From Candidatus Sulfopaludibacter sp. SbA3 (GTDB taxonomy: Bacteria; Cyanobacteriota; Cyanobacteriia; PCC-6307; Cyanobiaceae), in the NCBI GenBank assembly GCA_943367425.1, contig CALRJF020000011.1, positions 53,709 through 117,708 of the forward strand: a stretch of 64,000 nt of DNA, given 5' to 3'. Both the position numbers and the translations under genes were made by a program. Shown in pieces: positions 1 to 11,530 of the stretch. The notes beneath the pieces were generated by a model. The model did not search any database, was not told the origin of the DNA, and worked only from the letters and a program-made list of their open reading frames with translations. Positions within the stretch are counted from its first letter, which is position 1. Every line of letters begins with the position of its first letter.

Positions 1-60
1 TCGCCATGGGCCACCGGATGGCAGGCTGTGACGATCGGTGGGCAGACCCTGGGGACGGCC

Positions 61-3015
61 ATGGAGCGGGACAAGCCCCTGTTGCTGCTGGTGGACGGCC
101 ACTCCCTGGCCTTCCGCAGCTTCTACGCCTTCGCCAAGGGCGGCGAGGGGGGACTGAGCACCAAGGACGGGGTGCCCACCAGTGTCACCTACGGCTTTCT
201 CAAGGCCCTGCTCGACAACTGCAAGGGCCTGGAGCCCCAGGGGGTGGTGATCGCCTTCGACACCGCCGAGCCCACCTTCCGCCACGACGCCGACGCCGCC
301 TACAAGGCCCACCGGGAGGAGGCGCCGGAACACTTCTTCGCCGATCTGGCCAACCTGCAGCGCATCCTGCGGGAGGGGCTGGATCTGCCCCTGTGCATGG
401 CCCCGGGCTACGAAGCCGACGACGTGCTCGGCACCCTGGCCAACCGGGCGGCGGGCGAGGGCTGGCGGGTGCGGATCCTCTCCGGCGACCGCGACCTGTT
501 CCAGCTGGTGGACGACGAGCGGGACATCGCCGTGCTCTACATGGGCGGCGGCCCCTACGCCAAGAACAGCGGCCCCACGGTGATCCGCCGGGGCCAGGTG
601 ATCGAGAAGCTGGGGGTGCCGCCGGAGGGGGTGGTGGATCTCAAGGCCCTCACCGGCGACAGTTCCGACAACATCCCCGGCGTGAAGGGGGTGGGTCCCA
701 AGACGGCCCTCACCCTGCTCAAGGCCCACTGCGACCTCGACGGCATCTACGCCGCCCTGGATGAGCAGAAGGGGGCCCTGAAGGGCAAGCTCGAGACCGA
801 CCGGGACAACGCCTTCCGCTCGCGGATGCTGGCGGAGATCCTCGTGGCCATCCCCCTGCCCGAGGAACCGCGCCTCGACCTGGGGGAGGTGAACCGGGAG
901 GTGCTCGGCCAGAGCCTCACCGAGCTGGAGCTGTTCAGCCTGGTGAAGCAGGTGGAGGGCTTCGCCCGCATCTTCTCGGCCCATCCCCCCACCGCCCCTG
1001 CGGAAGCCGCGGTGGCGAAGGCGGCAGCGGCCCCAGCGGCCACGGACGCCGACAGCCCGGCCCCCCCGGACGCCCCCAGCGGCGAGGGCGACGAGCCGGC
1101 CGGCAACGCCCTGCCGCCCCTGCAGCCGGAGCTGATCACCAGCGCGGAGGCCCTCGAAGGCCTGATCCAGCGGCTGATGGGCCACACCGATCCCGCCGCG
1201 CCGGTGGCCCTCGACACCGAAACCACCTCCCTGAATCCGTTCAAGGCCGAACTGGTGGGAATCGGCCTGTGCTGGGGCGAGGGGCTCGGCGATCTGGCCT
1301 ACATCCCGATCGGCCACCAGAGTCCGGCCGCCACCGACCTGCTGAGCGATCCGGCGCCGACCCCACAGCAACTGGCCCTGGATGCGGTGCTGGGGGCCCT
1401 GGGGCCCTGGCTGGCCAGCGCCGATCACCCGAAGGCGCTCCAGAACGCCAAGTACGACCGCCTGATCCTGCTGCGCCATGGCCTGCCCCTGGCCGGTGTG
1501 GTGATGGACACCCTGCTGGCGGATTACCTGCGGGACGCCAACGACAAGCATGGCCTGGAGGCGATGGCGGAGCGCAACTTCGGCTTCAGCCCCACCAGCT
1601 ACACGTCCCTGGTGGCCAAGGGGCAGACCTTCGCCGCCGTGCCGATCGCCGATGCCGCCCTCTACTGCGGCATGGACGTGCACCTCACCCGGCGCCTGGG
1701 GGCCCTGCTCACGGAGCAGCTGGAGGCCCTGGGGCCGGCCCTGCTGCCGTTGCTGCAGCAGGTGGAGCTGCCCCTGGAGCCGGTGCTGGCCCTGATGGAG
1801 GCCACGGGCATCCGCATCGATGTGCCCTACCTGGCGGAACTGGCCACCGAACTGGCCGCCACCCTGGAGCGGCTGGAACGGGAAGCCCAGGAGGCCGCCG
1901 GGGTGAACTTCAACCTGGCCTCCCCCAAGCAGCTGGGGGAACTGCTGTTCGACACCCTGGGGCTCGACCGCAAGAAATCGCGCCGCACCAAGACCGGCTG
2001 GAGCACCGATGCGGCGGTGCTGGAAAAGCTGGAGGACGACCATGCGGTGGTGAAGCTGGTGCTGGAGCACCGCACCCTCAGCAAGCTGCTGAGCACCTAC
2101 GTGGAGGCGCTGCCGGCCCTGGTGGAACCGGAGACCGGCCGGGTGCACACCGATTTCAACCAGGCGGTGACCGCCACCGGGCGGCTGTCGAGCAGCAATC
2201 CCAACCTGCAGAACATCCCGATCCGCACCGAGTTCAGCCGCCGGATCCGCAAGGCCTTCCTGCCCCAGGAGGGCTGGCAGCTGATCAGCGCCGACTACTC
2301 CCAGATCGAGCTGCGGATCCTCACCCACCTCTCCGGCGAGCCGGTGCTGGTGCAGGCCTACAACGAGGGCGACGACGTCCACGCCCTCACCGCCCGGCTG
2401 CTGCTGGACGCCGAGACGGTGACGGCCGACGAGCGGCGGCTGGGCAAGACGATCAACTTCGGGGTGATCTACGGCATGGGGGCCCAGCGGCTGGCCCGGG
2501 AGACCGGCATGGGCCAGGCCCGGGCCAAGGAGTTCCTGAGCCTTTACAAGCAGCGCTACCCGAAGGTGTTCGCCTTCCTGGAGCTGCAGGAGCGGCTGGC
2601 CCTGAGCCGTGGCTACGTGGAGACGATCCTGGGCCGCCGGCGCCCCTTCCACTTCGATCCGGCCGGGCTGGGGCGGCTGCGGGGCCGGGATCCGCTGGAG
2701 ATCGACCTGGAGGTGGCCCGCCGGGGCGGCCTGGAGGCCCAGCAGCTGCGGGCCGCCGCCAACGCGCCGATCCAGGGCTCCAGCGCCGACATCATCAAGC
2801 TGGCGATGGTGCAGCTGCACCACGAGCTGGCGGCGGCGGCGCTGCCGGCGCGCCTGCTGCTGCAGGTGCACGACGAACTGGTGCTGGAGGCGGCCCCGGA
2901 AGCGGTGGAGGCGGTGCGGGCCCTCACCCGCACCACCATGGAGCAGGCGGTGCAGCTGCAGGTGCCCCTGGCGGTGGAGACCGGGGTGGGCCCCAACTGG
3001 ATGGAGGCCAAGTAG
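61..3015 (+). CDS. polA: DNA polymerase I
   Basis: 5'-3' exonuclease motifs (LVDGHSLAFR, GYEADDVLGTL, SGDRDLFQL), 3'-5' exonuclease-like DTET, polymerase motifs ADYSQIELR, KTINFGVIYG, QVHDELV. Start placed at ATG 61 (track ORF starts at 28). Confidence 0.98.
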   Translation: MERDKPLLLLVDGHSLAFRSFYAFAKGGEGGLSTKDGVPTSVTYGFLKALLDNCKGLEPQGVVIAFDTAEPTFRHDADAAYKAHREEAPEHFFADLANLQRILREGLDLPLCMAPGYEADDVLGTLANRAAGEGWRVRILSGDRDLFQLVDDERDIAVLYMGGGPYAKNSGPTVIRRGQVIEKLGVPPEGVVDLKALTGDSSDNIPGVKGVGPKTALTLLKAHCDLDGIYAALDEQKGALKGKLETDRDNAFRSRMLAEILVAIPLPEEPRLDLGEVNREVLGQSLTELELFSLVKQVEGFARIFSAHPPTAPAEAAVAKAAAAPAATDADSPAPPDAPSGEGDEPAGNALPPLQPELITSAEALEGLIQRLMGHTDPAAPVALDTETTSLNPFKAELVGIGLCWGEGLGDLAYIPIGHQSPAATDLLSDPAPTPQQLALDAVLGALGPWLASADHPKALQNAKYDRLILLRHGLPLAGVVMDTLLADYLRDANDKHGLEAMAERNFGFSPTSYTSLVAKGQTFAAVPIADAALYCGMDVHLTRRLGALLTEQLEALGPALLPLLQQVELPLEPVLALMEATGIRIDVPYLAELATELAATLERLEREAQEAAGVNFNLASPKQLGELLFDTLGLDRKKSRRTKTGWSTDAAVLEKLEDDHAVVKLVLEHRTLSKLLSTYVEALPALVEPETGRVHTDFNQAVTATGRLSSSNPNLQNIPIRTEFSRRIRKAFLPQEGWQLISADYSQIELRILTHLSGEPVLVQAYNEGDDVHALTARLLLDAETVTADERRLGKTINFGVIYGMGAQRLARETGMGQARAKEFLSLYKQRYPKVFAFLELQERLALSRGYVETILGRRRPFHFDPAGLGRLRGRDPLEIDLEVARRGGLEAQQLRAAANAPIQGSSADIIKLAMVQLHHELAAAALPARLLLQVHDELVLEAAPEAVEAVRALTRTTMEQAVQLQVPLAVETGVGPNWMEAK

Positions 3016-3055
3016 GGCGCAGGTAGGCTGCGACGCCAGAGCGCCATCGCCATCG

Positions 3056-3952
3056 ATGCCTGAACCGGTGAGGGTGCTGCTGACCGGCCGCAACGGCCAG
3101 TTGGGCCGGGCCCTCGCCGCCAGCCTGCCCGAGGGCATCACGCTGATCGCCCCCGACCGCAGCGAGCTGGATCTGGCCGATGCGGCGGCCTGCGGGGAGG
3201 CCGTGACGCGGCACCGGCCCGACTGGGTGCTCAATGCCGGGGCCTACACCGCCGTGGACCGGGCCGAGAGCGAACCCGAGCTGGCCCAGGCGGTGAATGC
3301 CGGGGCGCCCCAGGCCTTCGCCGAAGCCCTGGCGGCCAGCGGCGGGCGGCTGCTGCAGGTGAGCACCGATTTCGTGTTCAGCGGCCGCCAGGGCCACCCC
3401 TACCGGCCGGAGCAGCCGGTGGATCCGCTCGGGGTGTACGGCGCCAGCAAGGCGGAAGGGGAGCGGCGGGCCCTGGCGGCCCTGCCGGCCGATCGCCTCT
3501 GCCTGCTGCGCACCAGCTGGGTGTACGGGCCGGTGGGGGCCAATTTCTGCCTCACCATGCTGCGGCTGCACCGGGCCAAGGCCGCCGCGGGCGAACCGCT
3601 GGGGGTGGTGGCCGACCAGGTGGGCTGCCCCACCGCCAGCCATTCCCTGGCGGAAGCCTGCTGGAGCGCGATCCAGCGGCAGGTGAGTGGCCTGCACCAC
3701 TGGAGCGACTGCGGCGCCGCCAGCTGGTACGACTTCGCCGTGGCGATCGGTGAGCAGGCCGCGGCCCGGGGGCTGCTGGAGCGCCCCGCCAAGGTGCGAC
3801 CGATCACCACCGCCGATTACCCCACCCCGGCCGCCCGGCCGTCCTATTCGCTGCTGGCCTGCGGGGCCACCCGCGAGCGCCTGGGGCTGGAGGGCCGGCC
3901 GTGGCCGCAGCGGCTGGGCGAAGTGCTCGAGCGCGTGCCGCCGCCCCCCTGA
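3056..3952 (+). CDS. rfbD: dTDP-4-dehydrorhamnose reductase
   Basis: VLLTGRNGQLG, NAGAYTAVDRAESE, STDFVFSG, YGASK, LRTSWVYG, VVADQVGCPT. ATG at 3056 within track ORF 2609..3952. Confidence 0.95.
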   Translation: MPEPVRVLLTGRNGQLGRALAASLPEGITLIAPDRSELDLADAAACGEAVTRHRPDWVLNAGAYTAVDRAESEPELAQAVNAGAPQAFAEALAASGGRLLQVSTDFVFSGRQGHPYRPEQPVDPLGVYGASKAEGERRALAALPADRLCLLRTSWVYGPVGANFCLTMLRLHRAKAAAGEPLGVVADQVGCPTASHSLAEACWSAIQRQVSGLHHWSDCGAASWYDFAVAIGEQAAARGLLERPAKVRPITTADYPTPAARPSYSLLACGATRERLGLEGRPWPQRLGEVLERVPPPP

Positions 3953-4016
3953 CGCACCCGCCCGCCTGAGCCCACAGCTTCCCGCGTTCGCCTCCCCCTC
4001 CACGTCGCCCGCCCCG

Positions 4017-5164
4017 ATGGTTTCCAGCCCCCCACCAGCCCTCGATCTGCCGGCCCTGCTCGCCGGCCGCCGCCGCCTGCTGGTGACCGGCGGGGCGGGC
4101 TTCATCGGCGGAGCCCTGGTGCGGCGCCTGCTGCGGGACAGCACGGCGACGGTGTTCAACCTCGACAAGATGGGCTACGCCAGCGACCTGCTGGGCATCG
4201 AGCGCGTCCTGGCGGAGCTGGGGCCGGCGGCGGGAGGGCCCCAGGGGCCGCGCCACCGGCTGCTGCGGGTGGACCTCAGTGATGGCGAGGCGGTGGCGGC
4301 GGCGGTGCGCGAGGCCGACCCCGACCTGGTGCTGCACCTGGCCGCCGAGAGCCACGTGGATCGCTCGATCGACGACCCGGGCGCCTTCCTGGTCAGCAAC
4401 GTGATGGGCACCTACCAGCTGCTGCAGGCGGTGCGGGGCCACTGGGAGGGGCTGCCCGAGGAGCGGCGACAGCGGTTCCGCTTCCACCACATCAGCACCG
4501 ACGAGGTGTTCGGCTCCCTGGGGGCCACCGGGCGCTTCTCGGAAACCACCCCCTACGACCCCCGCAGCCCCTACTCGGCCAGCAAGGCGGGCAGCGACCA
4601 CCTGGTGCAGGCCTGGCACCACACCTACGGGCTGCCGGTGGTGCTGACCAACTGCAGCAACAACTACGGCCCCTGGCAGTTCCCCGAGAAACTGATCCCG
4701 GTGGTGATCCTCAAGGCCGCCGCCGGTGAACCGATCCCCCTCTACGGCGATGGCGCCAACGTGCGCGACTGGCTGTACGTGGAAGACCACGTGGAGGCCC
4801 TGCTGCTGGCCGCCACCAGCGGTGAGCTGGGCAGGAACTACTGCGTGGGGGGCCACGGCGAGCGGACCAACAAGCAGGTGGTGGAGGCCATCTGCGCCCT
4901 GATGGACCAGCTGCGGCCCGCCGGCGCCCCCCACGCGGCCCTGATCACCCGGGTGACCGACCGACCGGGCCACGACCGCCGCTACGCCATCGATCCGGAA
5001 CGGATCAGCAGCGAACTGGGCTGGCAGCCGCGGCACGACTTCAGCCAGGGCCTGGAGCGCACGGTGCGCTGGTACCTGGAGCAGCAGGACTGGTGCGACA
5101 CGGTGCGCGGACGGGCCGGCTACGGCGGCGGCCGCCTCGGCCAGGCCAGCAGCGGAGCGGGCCA

Positions 5165-5168
<4 letters not shown>
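4017..5168 (+). CDS. rfbB: dTDP-glucose 4,6-dehydratase
   Basis: [66 protein letters not shown]. Confidence 0.96.
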
Positions 5169-6664
<1,496 letters not shown>

Positions 6665-6668
6665 TCGG

Positions 6669-7919
6669 ATGGCAACCGTCTCGGTGGTCATCCAGTTCTT
6701 CGAGGATTTCGACTTCATCGAGCGGGTGGTGGAACGGCTGGCCTGGGTGGATGAGATCGTCGTCAACGACGGGCCGTTCACCTACACCCGGGAGCTGCTG
6801 GAGCCCCTGGTGGGCCGGGATCTCGATCAGCCTTCGCCGCGGGCGGCGGGCCTGTTCGCCCTGCTCTCCCGGCGGCTGGGGGTGGCGATCCACTACCACC
6901 ACGGCGTGTTCGAAGGCGAAAAGGAGAAGCGGATCCACGGCTACGGGCTGGCGACCGGGGATGTGGTGCTGTCGGTGGATGCGGATGAGCTGCTGCTGCT
7001 GGAGCGGCAGGCGGTGGAGCGCTTCTGGGCCAGCGCGGCGGTGGCGGCCAGCTTCGACTGCGTCAATTTCACCTACCTGAACCTGGTGTGCGGCAAGGCG
7101 GGCAGCCCGCTGGTGGCCCGCAAACCGTTCGCATTCAAGCGGGCGGCGATCACGGCCGAGCACCACCTGGATTACCTGTGGCTGGTGGGGGTGGAGCAGG
7201 CGGCGGTGGCCTCTGACGACTTCCTGCCGGAGGCCCTCTGCGACGGCGCCCACCTCACCACGGTGCGCAGCCCCTACGGGGCGAGCATCAAGTTCGGCTT
7301 CTACAACTGCCTCTATTTCCACCTGCACGGCGGGGCGGGCCTGCAGGGCAGCTTCCAGGCGGCCCGTGACTTCTTCGCCGGGGGGGCGTTCAGCGCCGAG
7401 GCCCAGGCCGAGGTGTACGGGCGGGCGATGGCCGATGCGATCGGCTTTCCCAATGAGCAGATTTTCCGGCGGGCCGAAGCGCCGGTGGTGCCCGAAGCGA
7501 TCCTGCAGGTGGCGGAGGAAGCCTGCCACCCCTACAACCATGGCCGGCCCCACCGGCTCCTGAACGGCCGCCTGGTGCCGGGGGTGCCGCTCTATGCGCT
7601 GATGGAGCCCGGACGCCACTGGCGGGTGGGCCTGGCGATCGCCGGGGAAGCGCGGATGAGGGTGCTGCCGCTGACACTGAACGGCCCACCGCTGGATCTC
7701 GACCATCCGGCGCTGGAACGGCGCTGGACGGCCGAAGCCCTGAAGCCCCAGGAGCTGCGATGGGAGGAAGAGCCCGGGGAGCCCGGCGGAGAGCGGATCG
7801 GCGACCTGGTGGAGCTGGTGGTGTGGAGCGGGCCGGAGGCGGCGGCGGCCTGGGCCGGGGCCTCCCTGGCGCCGCCGTTCAGCCTGCAGGTGCTGGATCC
7901 TGGGGCCGCTGGGCCATGA
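6669..7919 (+). CDS. GT2-like glycosyltransferase with unassigned C-terminal region
   Basis: N-terminal VSVVIQFFED, VDEIVVNDG, and VLSVDADE (DxD) as in GT-A/GT2 enzymes. Confidence 0.65.
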   Translation: MATVSVVIQFFEDFDFIERVVERLAWVDEIVVNDGPFTYTRELLEPLVGRDLDQPSPRAAGLFALLSRRLGVAIHYHHGVFEGEKEKRIHGYGLATGDVVLSVDADELLLLERQAVERFWASAAVAASFDCVNFTYLNLVCGKAGSPLVARKPFAFKRAAITAEHHLDYLWLVGVEQAAVASDDFLPEALCDGAHLTTVRSPYGASIKFGFYNCLYFHLHGGAGLQGSFQAARDFFAGGAFSAEAQAEVYGRAMADAIGFPNEQIFRRAEAPVVPEAILQVAEEACHPYNHGRPHRLLNGRLVPGVPLYALMEPGRHWRVGLAIAGEARMRVLPLTLNGPPLDLDHPALERRWTAEALKPQELRWEEEPGEPGGERIGDLVELVVWSGPEAAAAWAGASLAPPFSLQVLDPGAAGP

Positions 7920-8751
7920 ACACCAGGATCAAGGGGAGTTCGGCGCCGAGGATGCCATAGGTGGGGGAGTGGATCGCCTCGATGCGGGGATCTTCGAATC
8001 CGGCCTGGCGCAGCTGGTCGAGAAACTCCCAGCCGGGGATGCGATAGACGAGGGAGCCCCGTTTCGGTTGCACCGGGTCGCCGTGGTACTCCGGCTCGAG
8101 CAGCAGTTCCGGGTCCTGCGACGGGCCGATGTGCAGGGCCTTCACCGTGGACTCCATCTGGCCGTAGGCGAAGGGAACCGTGCCGAGCAGGGTGCCGCCG
8201 GGCACGAGCACCCGCCGCATCGAGGCCAGCGCCCCCTGGAGGTCGTAGACGTGCTCGAGGATCTCGTTGCAGATCACCACATCGAAGCTCTGGTCTTGAA
8301 AACCGAGCTGGCAGAGATCCTCATGGCGCACCTGCTGGCGCCGCGGATCCTGGGGATCGGGCAGGTATTCACTGCCCTGAAAGTGGCCCACCAGGCCGCC
8401 CAGGTGCTGGGCGAAGGGGGTGATGGCCTCCGGGCAGTAGAGCCGCAGCGCTTCGAGCAGCGGCAGACGGCCCGCTTCGATCAGCTGGCGCAGCAGCAGC
8501 AGCACAGCCCGCTGCCGCGACACCAGGCCCCTGTGCTGCAAGCTTTCGCGGTAGTTGCTGCCCTCCACCCGCAGGTCGCCGGCGGCGATGGGGGCGTCGG
8601 TGAGGGGATCCCGGATCCCGTTGAGCGCCATCAGCCGCAGGCTGGTCTGCACCTGCCGGTGGAGCTGGCTCCACTCGGCCTCGAAGTCGTGCTGGAACTC
8701 CGCCTGCCGGCGATAGGTGCGCTGATCGAGGACGGGGGAGTCCAGGGGCAC
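7879..8751 (-). CDS. class I SAM-dependent methyltransferase
   Basis: EDLCQLGFQDQSFDVVICNEILEHV, RRVLVPGG (motif II and post-II of Methyltransf_11-type enzymes). Confidence 0.85.
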   Translation of the reverse strand: MPLDSPVLDQRTYRRQAEFQHDFEAEWSQLHRQVQTSLRLMALNGIRDPLTDAPIAAGDLRVEGSNYRESLQHRGLVSRQRAVLLLLRQLIEAGRLPLLEALRLYCPEAITPFAQHLGGLVGHFQGSEYLPDPQDPRRQQVRHEDLCQLGFQDQSFDVVICNEILEHVYDLQGALASMRRVLVPGGTLLGTVPFAYGQMESTVKALHIGPSQDPELLLEPEYHGDPVQPKRGSLVYRIPGWEFLDQLRQAGFEDPRIEAIHSPTYGILGAELPLILVFMAQRPQDPAPAG

Positions 8752-8808
8752 GGGGCCGGAAACGTGGACGGGGCCACGCTACCGGGAACCTCTCCTAAAC
8801 TCCGCGCG

Positions 8809-9078
8809 ATGAGCCAGACGCCTGCCACCAGCACCGATCCGCAGGTTCTGGCGGCGGAGATCGCCAGCCTCCGCAGCCAGCTGGAGGAGGCACGGGATGA
8901 GGCGGAACTGAATCTGCTGCAGCTGCAGCAGGTGCAGGAGGAACTGGAGTTCTACGTTCTGGCCCACCAGGAGCAGGTGCAGCTGCTGGAGCAGCACCAG
9001 CAGGAGGAGCAGCGGGCGGAGGTGCTGATCGCGGCCCTGCTGGAGCGGCTCGAAGCCACCGGAAGATCGCCAGGCTGA
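8809..9078 (+). CDS. small coiled-coil protein
   Basis: 89 aa, L/Q/E-rich heptad pattern (EAELNLLQLQQVQEELEFYVL). ATG 8809 lies in the 3' end of track ORF 7969..9078. Confidence 0.75.
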   Translation: MSQTPATSTDPQVLAAEIASLRSQLEEARDEAELNLLQLQQVQEELEFYVLAHQEQVQLLEQHQQEEQRAEVLIAALLERLEATGRSPG

Positions 9079-9096
9079 CGGGCCGAGGGCAGAGCG

Positions 9097-11289
9097 TCAG
9101 ATCAATCCAAGCTCCCGCAGCGTCAGGGGTCCGGCGATGCCGTCGACCAGCAGCCCTTGTCGTGACTGGAAGGTGCGCACGGCCAGTTCCGTGCGCTCAC
9201 CGAAGACACCGTCAAAGCTGCCGTCGGCCGCCGACAGGCGGATCTGCACCGCCGCCTGCAGGGCCCGCTGGAGAACGCGCACATCATCGCCGCGCTGCAG
9301 GGGCGTCTGGCGCCGCAGGTGACGTTGCAGTCCGAGGGACTGCCGCGTCCGCATGCCCACCACACCGTCGACGGCAAGGCCGCGGCTGGTCTGCCACTGA
9401 CGCACCGCGGCCTCGGTGCGGGGTCCGAAAGCACCATCCACCTGAACCGTGAGGCCACGGCGCACCAGAGCACGCTGCAGGGAGCCGACGTCCGAACCTC
9501 GCAGGATCGGTGCCAACAGCCGAAGATCGCGCACCACCGCCGCTGTTGTGGCATCGCCACCGGGGTCCTGCGGACGACCCGCTGACGGTGACAGGGGCCT
9601 CAGCTCACCCCGGCGGGCGTCGTAGGCCACCTGGAGCAGGTCCGTCATGCGGAACACGCCCCGCACCGCTCCAAGGGTGGGCGTGAACTCCGGATCCCGC
9701 AGCAGCGAGATGCGGCTGCCGCCCATAGCACGGTGGAACACCTCCGCCACGATCCGTCCGCCCACCTTGCCGAGCCGGCCGGTACCCGGCCGTCCTTCGG
9801 TCAGGTTCAGCGACGCCTCCCGGAGCACGTAGAACCAGAGCGGCGTATGGGTGGCGAAGAAATCCCCCTCGGCCGCCGAGAGGCCGCCGAACTCGTCGCC
9901 CAGGATCTGCTCGCGGGTCAGGGGGGTGAAGGTCTCCCCGGAGCGGCCGGCGGCGGTGAGGGCCTGATTGATGCGGGCCGCCAGTTCCTGGCCAGTGGCC
10001 AGCTGGACCATGCGGCCACGCATCAGGTTGCGGAAGGCCAGATTGCGGCGGCGGTCATCCTGGGGAATGGGCGGGATGGAAGGTCCGCGGGCCCCGAAGG
10101 AGCCCAGGGGCAGTTGCCGGAGCGGATCGGTGAGGCGAATGTCGAGGGGGCGGGCGAAATTCACGAAGGTTTCCGGTGCCAGCTCGGGGGTGCCGTCCCT
10201 GACGAAATCAAACATGCGCGTCCAGTCGACCACCCAATTGCTGGGCAGGCGCTCGAAGCTGCCCGCGATCGGATCATCGGAATCCGTGCCGGGGTTGAGG
10301 TTGCCGCTGGTCCCGGAGAAGAGGAACAGATTCAACAGGGTGCCGAAATCGCCGATGCTGCCGTTGACACTGAAGACGGCGTTCCAGTCGTAGATCTCGC
10401 GGATCATCGAATGGCCCAGCCGGAAGGCGCCCACGGAGAACTCCAGGGGCATGGTGGGTGCTTCGGCCGAGCCAGGCTCCACGATCAACCGTCCCCTCTG
10501 GAACACGTCGTTGACGATCCCTGGATCCACCACCCGCGGCAGGTAGTCGTTCCTGAGCATCCAGTGATAGTGCTTGGTGACGAGTTCCCGAGCCCGCTCA
10601 AACAGCAGGGCGCTGGGGGTGCCGCTGCTGGCCAGCCGATCGCAGACTCGGTTGTGGAAGCGGATGAAGGCCAGATGGGTCTGGGCGACGGCCAGGTTCT
10701 CGTCGTTGCGCTGGTCGGGAATGTTGGCCAGCCGCACCTGACGGGGGTCGGTGGTGGCGCTGCCGATGCGGGGCAGATCGAATCCGTCGAGATCCTGGGA
10801 GGCGTTGGGCGTCTGCGGTGGGCCAGACGCCTGGGTGCGGCCCACCTTGAGCTTGATGCGATCGGGGGCATAGAAGCCAGGCTCGGCTGTCGGCCCGGCG
10901 CCGTAGAGCGAATCCAGATCAAGGGAAGGACTTCTGCCCTGCAGTAGATCCTCCGGCGAGGCGATCGTCGTGCCGAAGGGCACATTGGTGACATCCCGGG
11001 TGAGATCGTGGTCGACGAACTGCCCCAGATAGGTGAATCCGGCGGGGATCGGACTGTCGATGTCCGGGGTCTGCTGCGTCATCACCTCCGCCACCTTGAG
11101 CAGCAGCTCCTCACTGGGAGCCGGACTCGTCGTGGTGACGATCTCCGAGAAGCGGAACATGCGATCCGCTTCGGAACGGGTGGCAGGGCGGAGATTCTCA
11201 CTGTTGGCGACACTGGCGGCGGCCACCGGCCCACGCACCTCACCACGATCAGCCAGGAAGAAAAACTCTCTGTTGTGGCGCTCCGACAT
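9097..11289 (-). CDS. heme peroxidase (peroxidase-cyclooxygenase superfamily) with C-terminal peptidoglycan-binding domains
   Basis: YLGQFVDHDL (distal His), DQRNDEN (distal Arg), FRLGHSMIR (proximal His). C-terminal PG_binding_1-like repeats: LRGSDVGSLQRAL..VDGAFGPRTEAAVRQWQ..DGVVG and RGDDVRVLQRAL..FDGVFGERTELAVRTFQ..DGIAGPLT. Confidence 0.88.
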   Translation of the reverse strand: MSERHNREFFFLADRGEVRGPVAAASVANSENLRPATRSEADRMFRFSEIVTTTSPAPSEELLLKVAEVMTQQTPDIDSPIPAGFTYLGQFVDHDLTRDVTNVPFGTTIASPEDLLQGRSPSLDLDSLYGAGPTAEPGFYAPDRIKLKVGRTQASGPPQTPNASQDLDGFDLPRIGSATTDPRQVRLANIPDQRNDENLAVAQTHLAFIRFHNRVCDRLASSGTPSALLFERARELVTKHYHWMLRNDYLPRVVDPGIVNDVFQRGRLIVEPGSAEAPTMPLEFSVGAFRLGHSMIREIYDWNAVFSVNGSIGDFGTLLNLFLFSGTSGNLNPGTDSDDPIAGSFERLPSNWVVDWTRMFDFVRDGTPELAPETFVNFARPLDIRLTDPLRQLPLGSFGARGPSIPPIPQDDRRRNLAFRNLMRGRMVQLATGQELAARINQALTAAGRSGETFTPLTREQILGDEFGGLSAAEGDFFATHTPLWFYVLREASLNLTEGRPGTGRLGKVGGRIVAEVFHRAMGGSRISLLRDPEFTPTLGAVRGVFRMTDLLQVAYDARRGELRPLSPSAGRPQDPGGDATTAAVVRDLRLLAPILRGSDVGSLQRALVRRGLTVQVDGAFGPRTEAAVRQWQTSRGLAVDGVVGMRTRQSLGLQRHLRRQTPLQRGDDVRVLQRALQAAVQIRLSAADGSFDGVFGERTELAVRTFQSRQGLLVDGIAGPLTLRELGLI

Positions 11290-11530
11290 CGTTCAATCAG
11301 CCAAAGAAACGACCAGGAAGCAGATTATGCGCATAGCAAATTCGACACGATCGAGCCTTCAGGAATCTTCTGCCTTCTGGTTATTTATTGGTGAAGTTTA
11401 ATGTCTGAGTGAGGCTTTAATCACGTTTGCAGCATGGTGGCATAGCGGCATCAATGACCAGTGGGTTATGGAGTTGATGATCCACAGGACTGACGTGATG
11501 CGTTGCAGGCCATGGACTGCGGTTGCAGCG

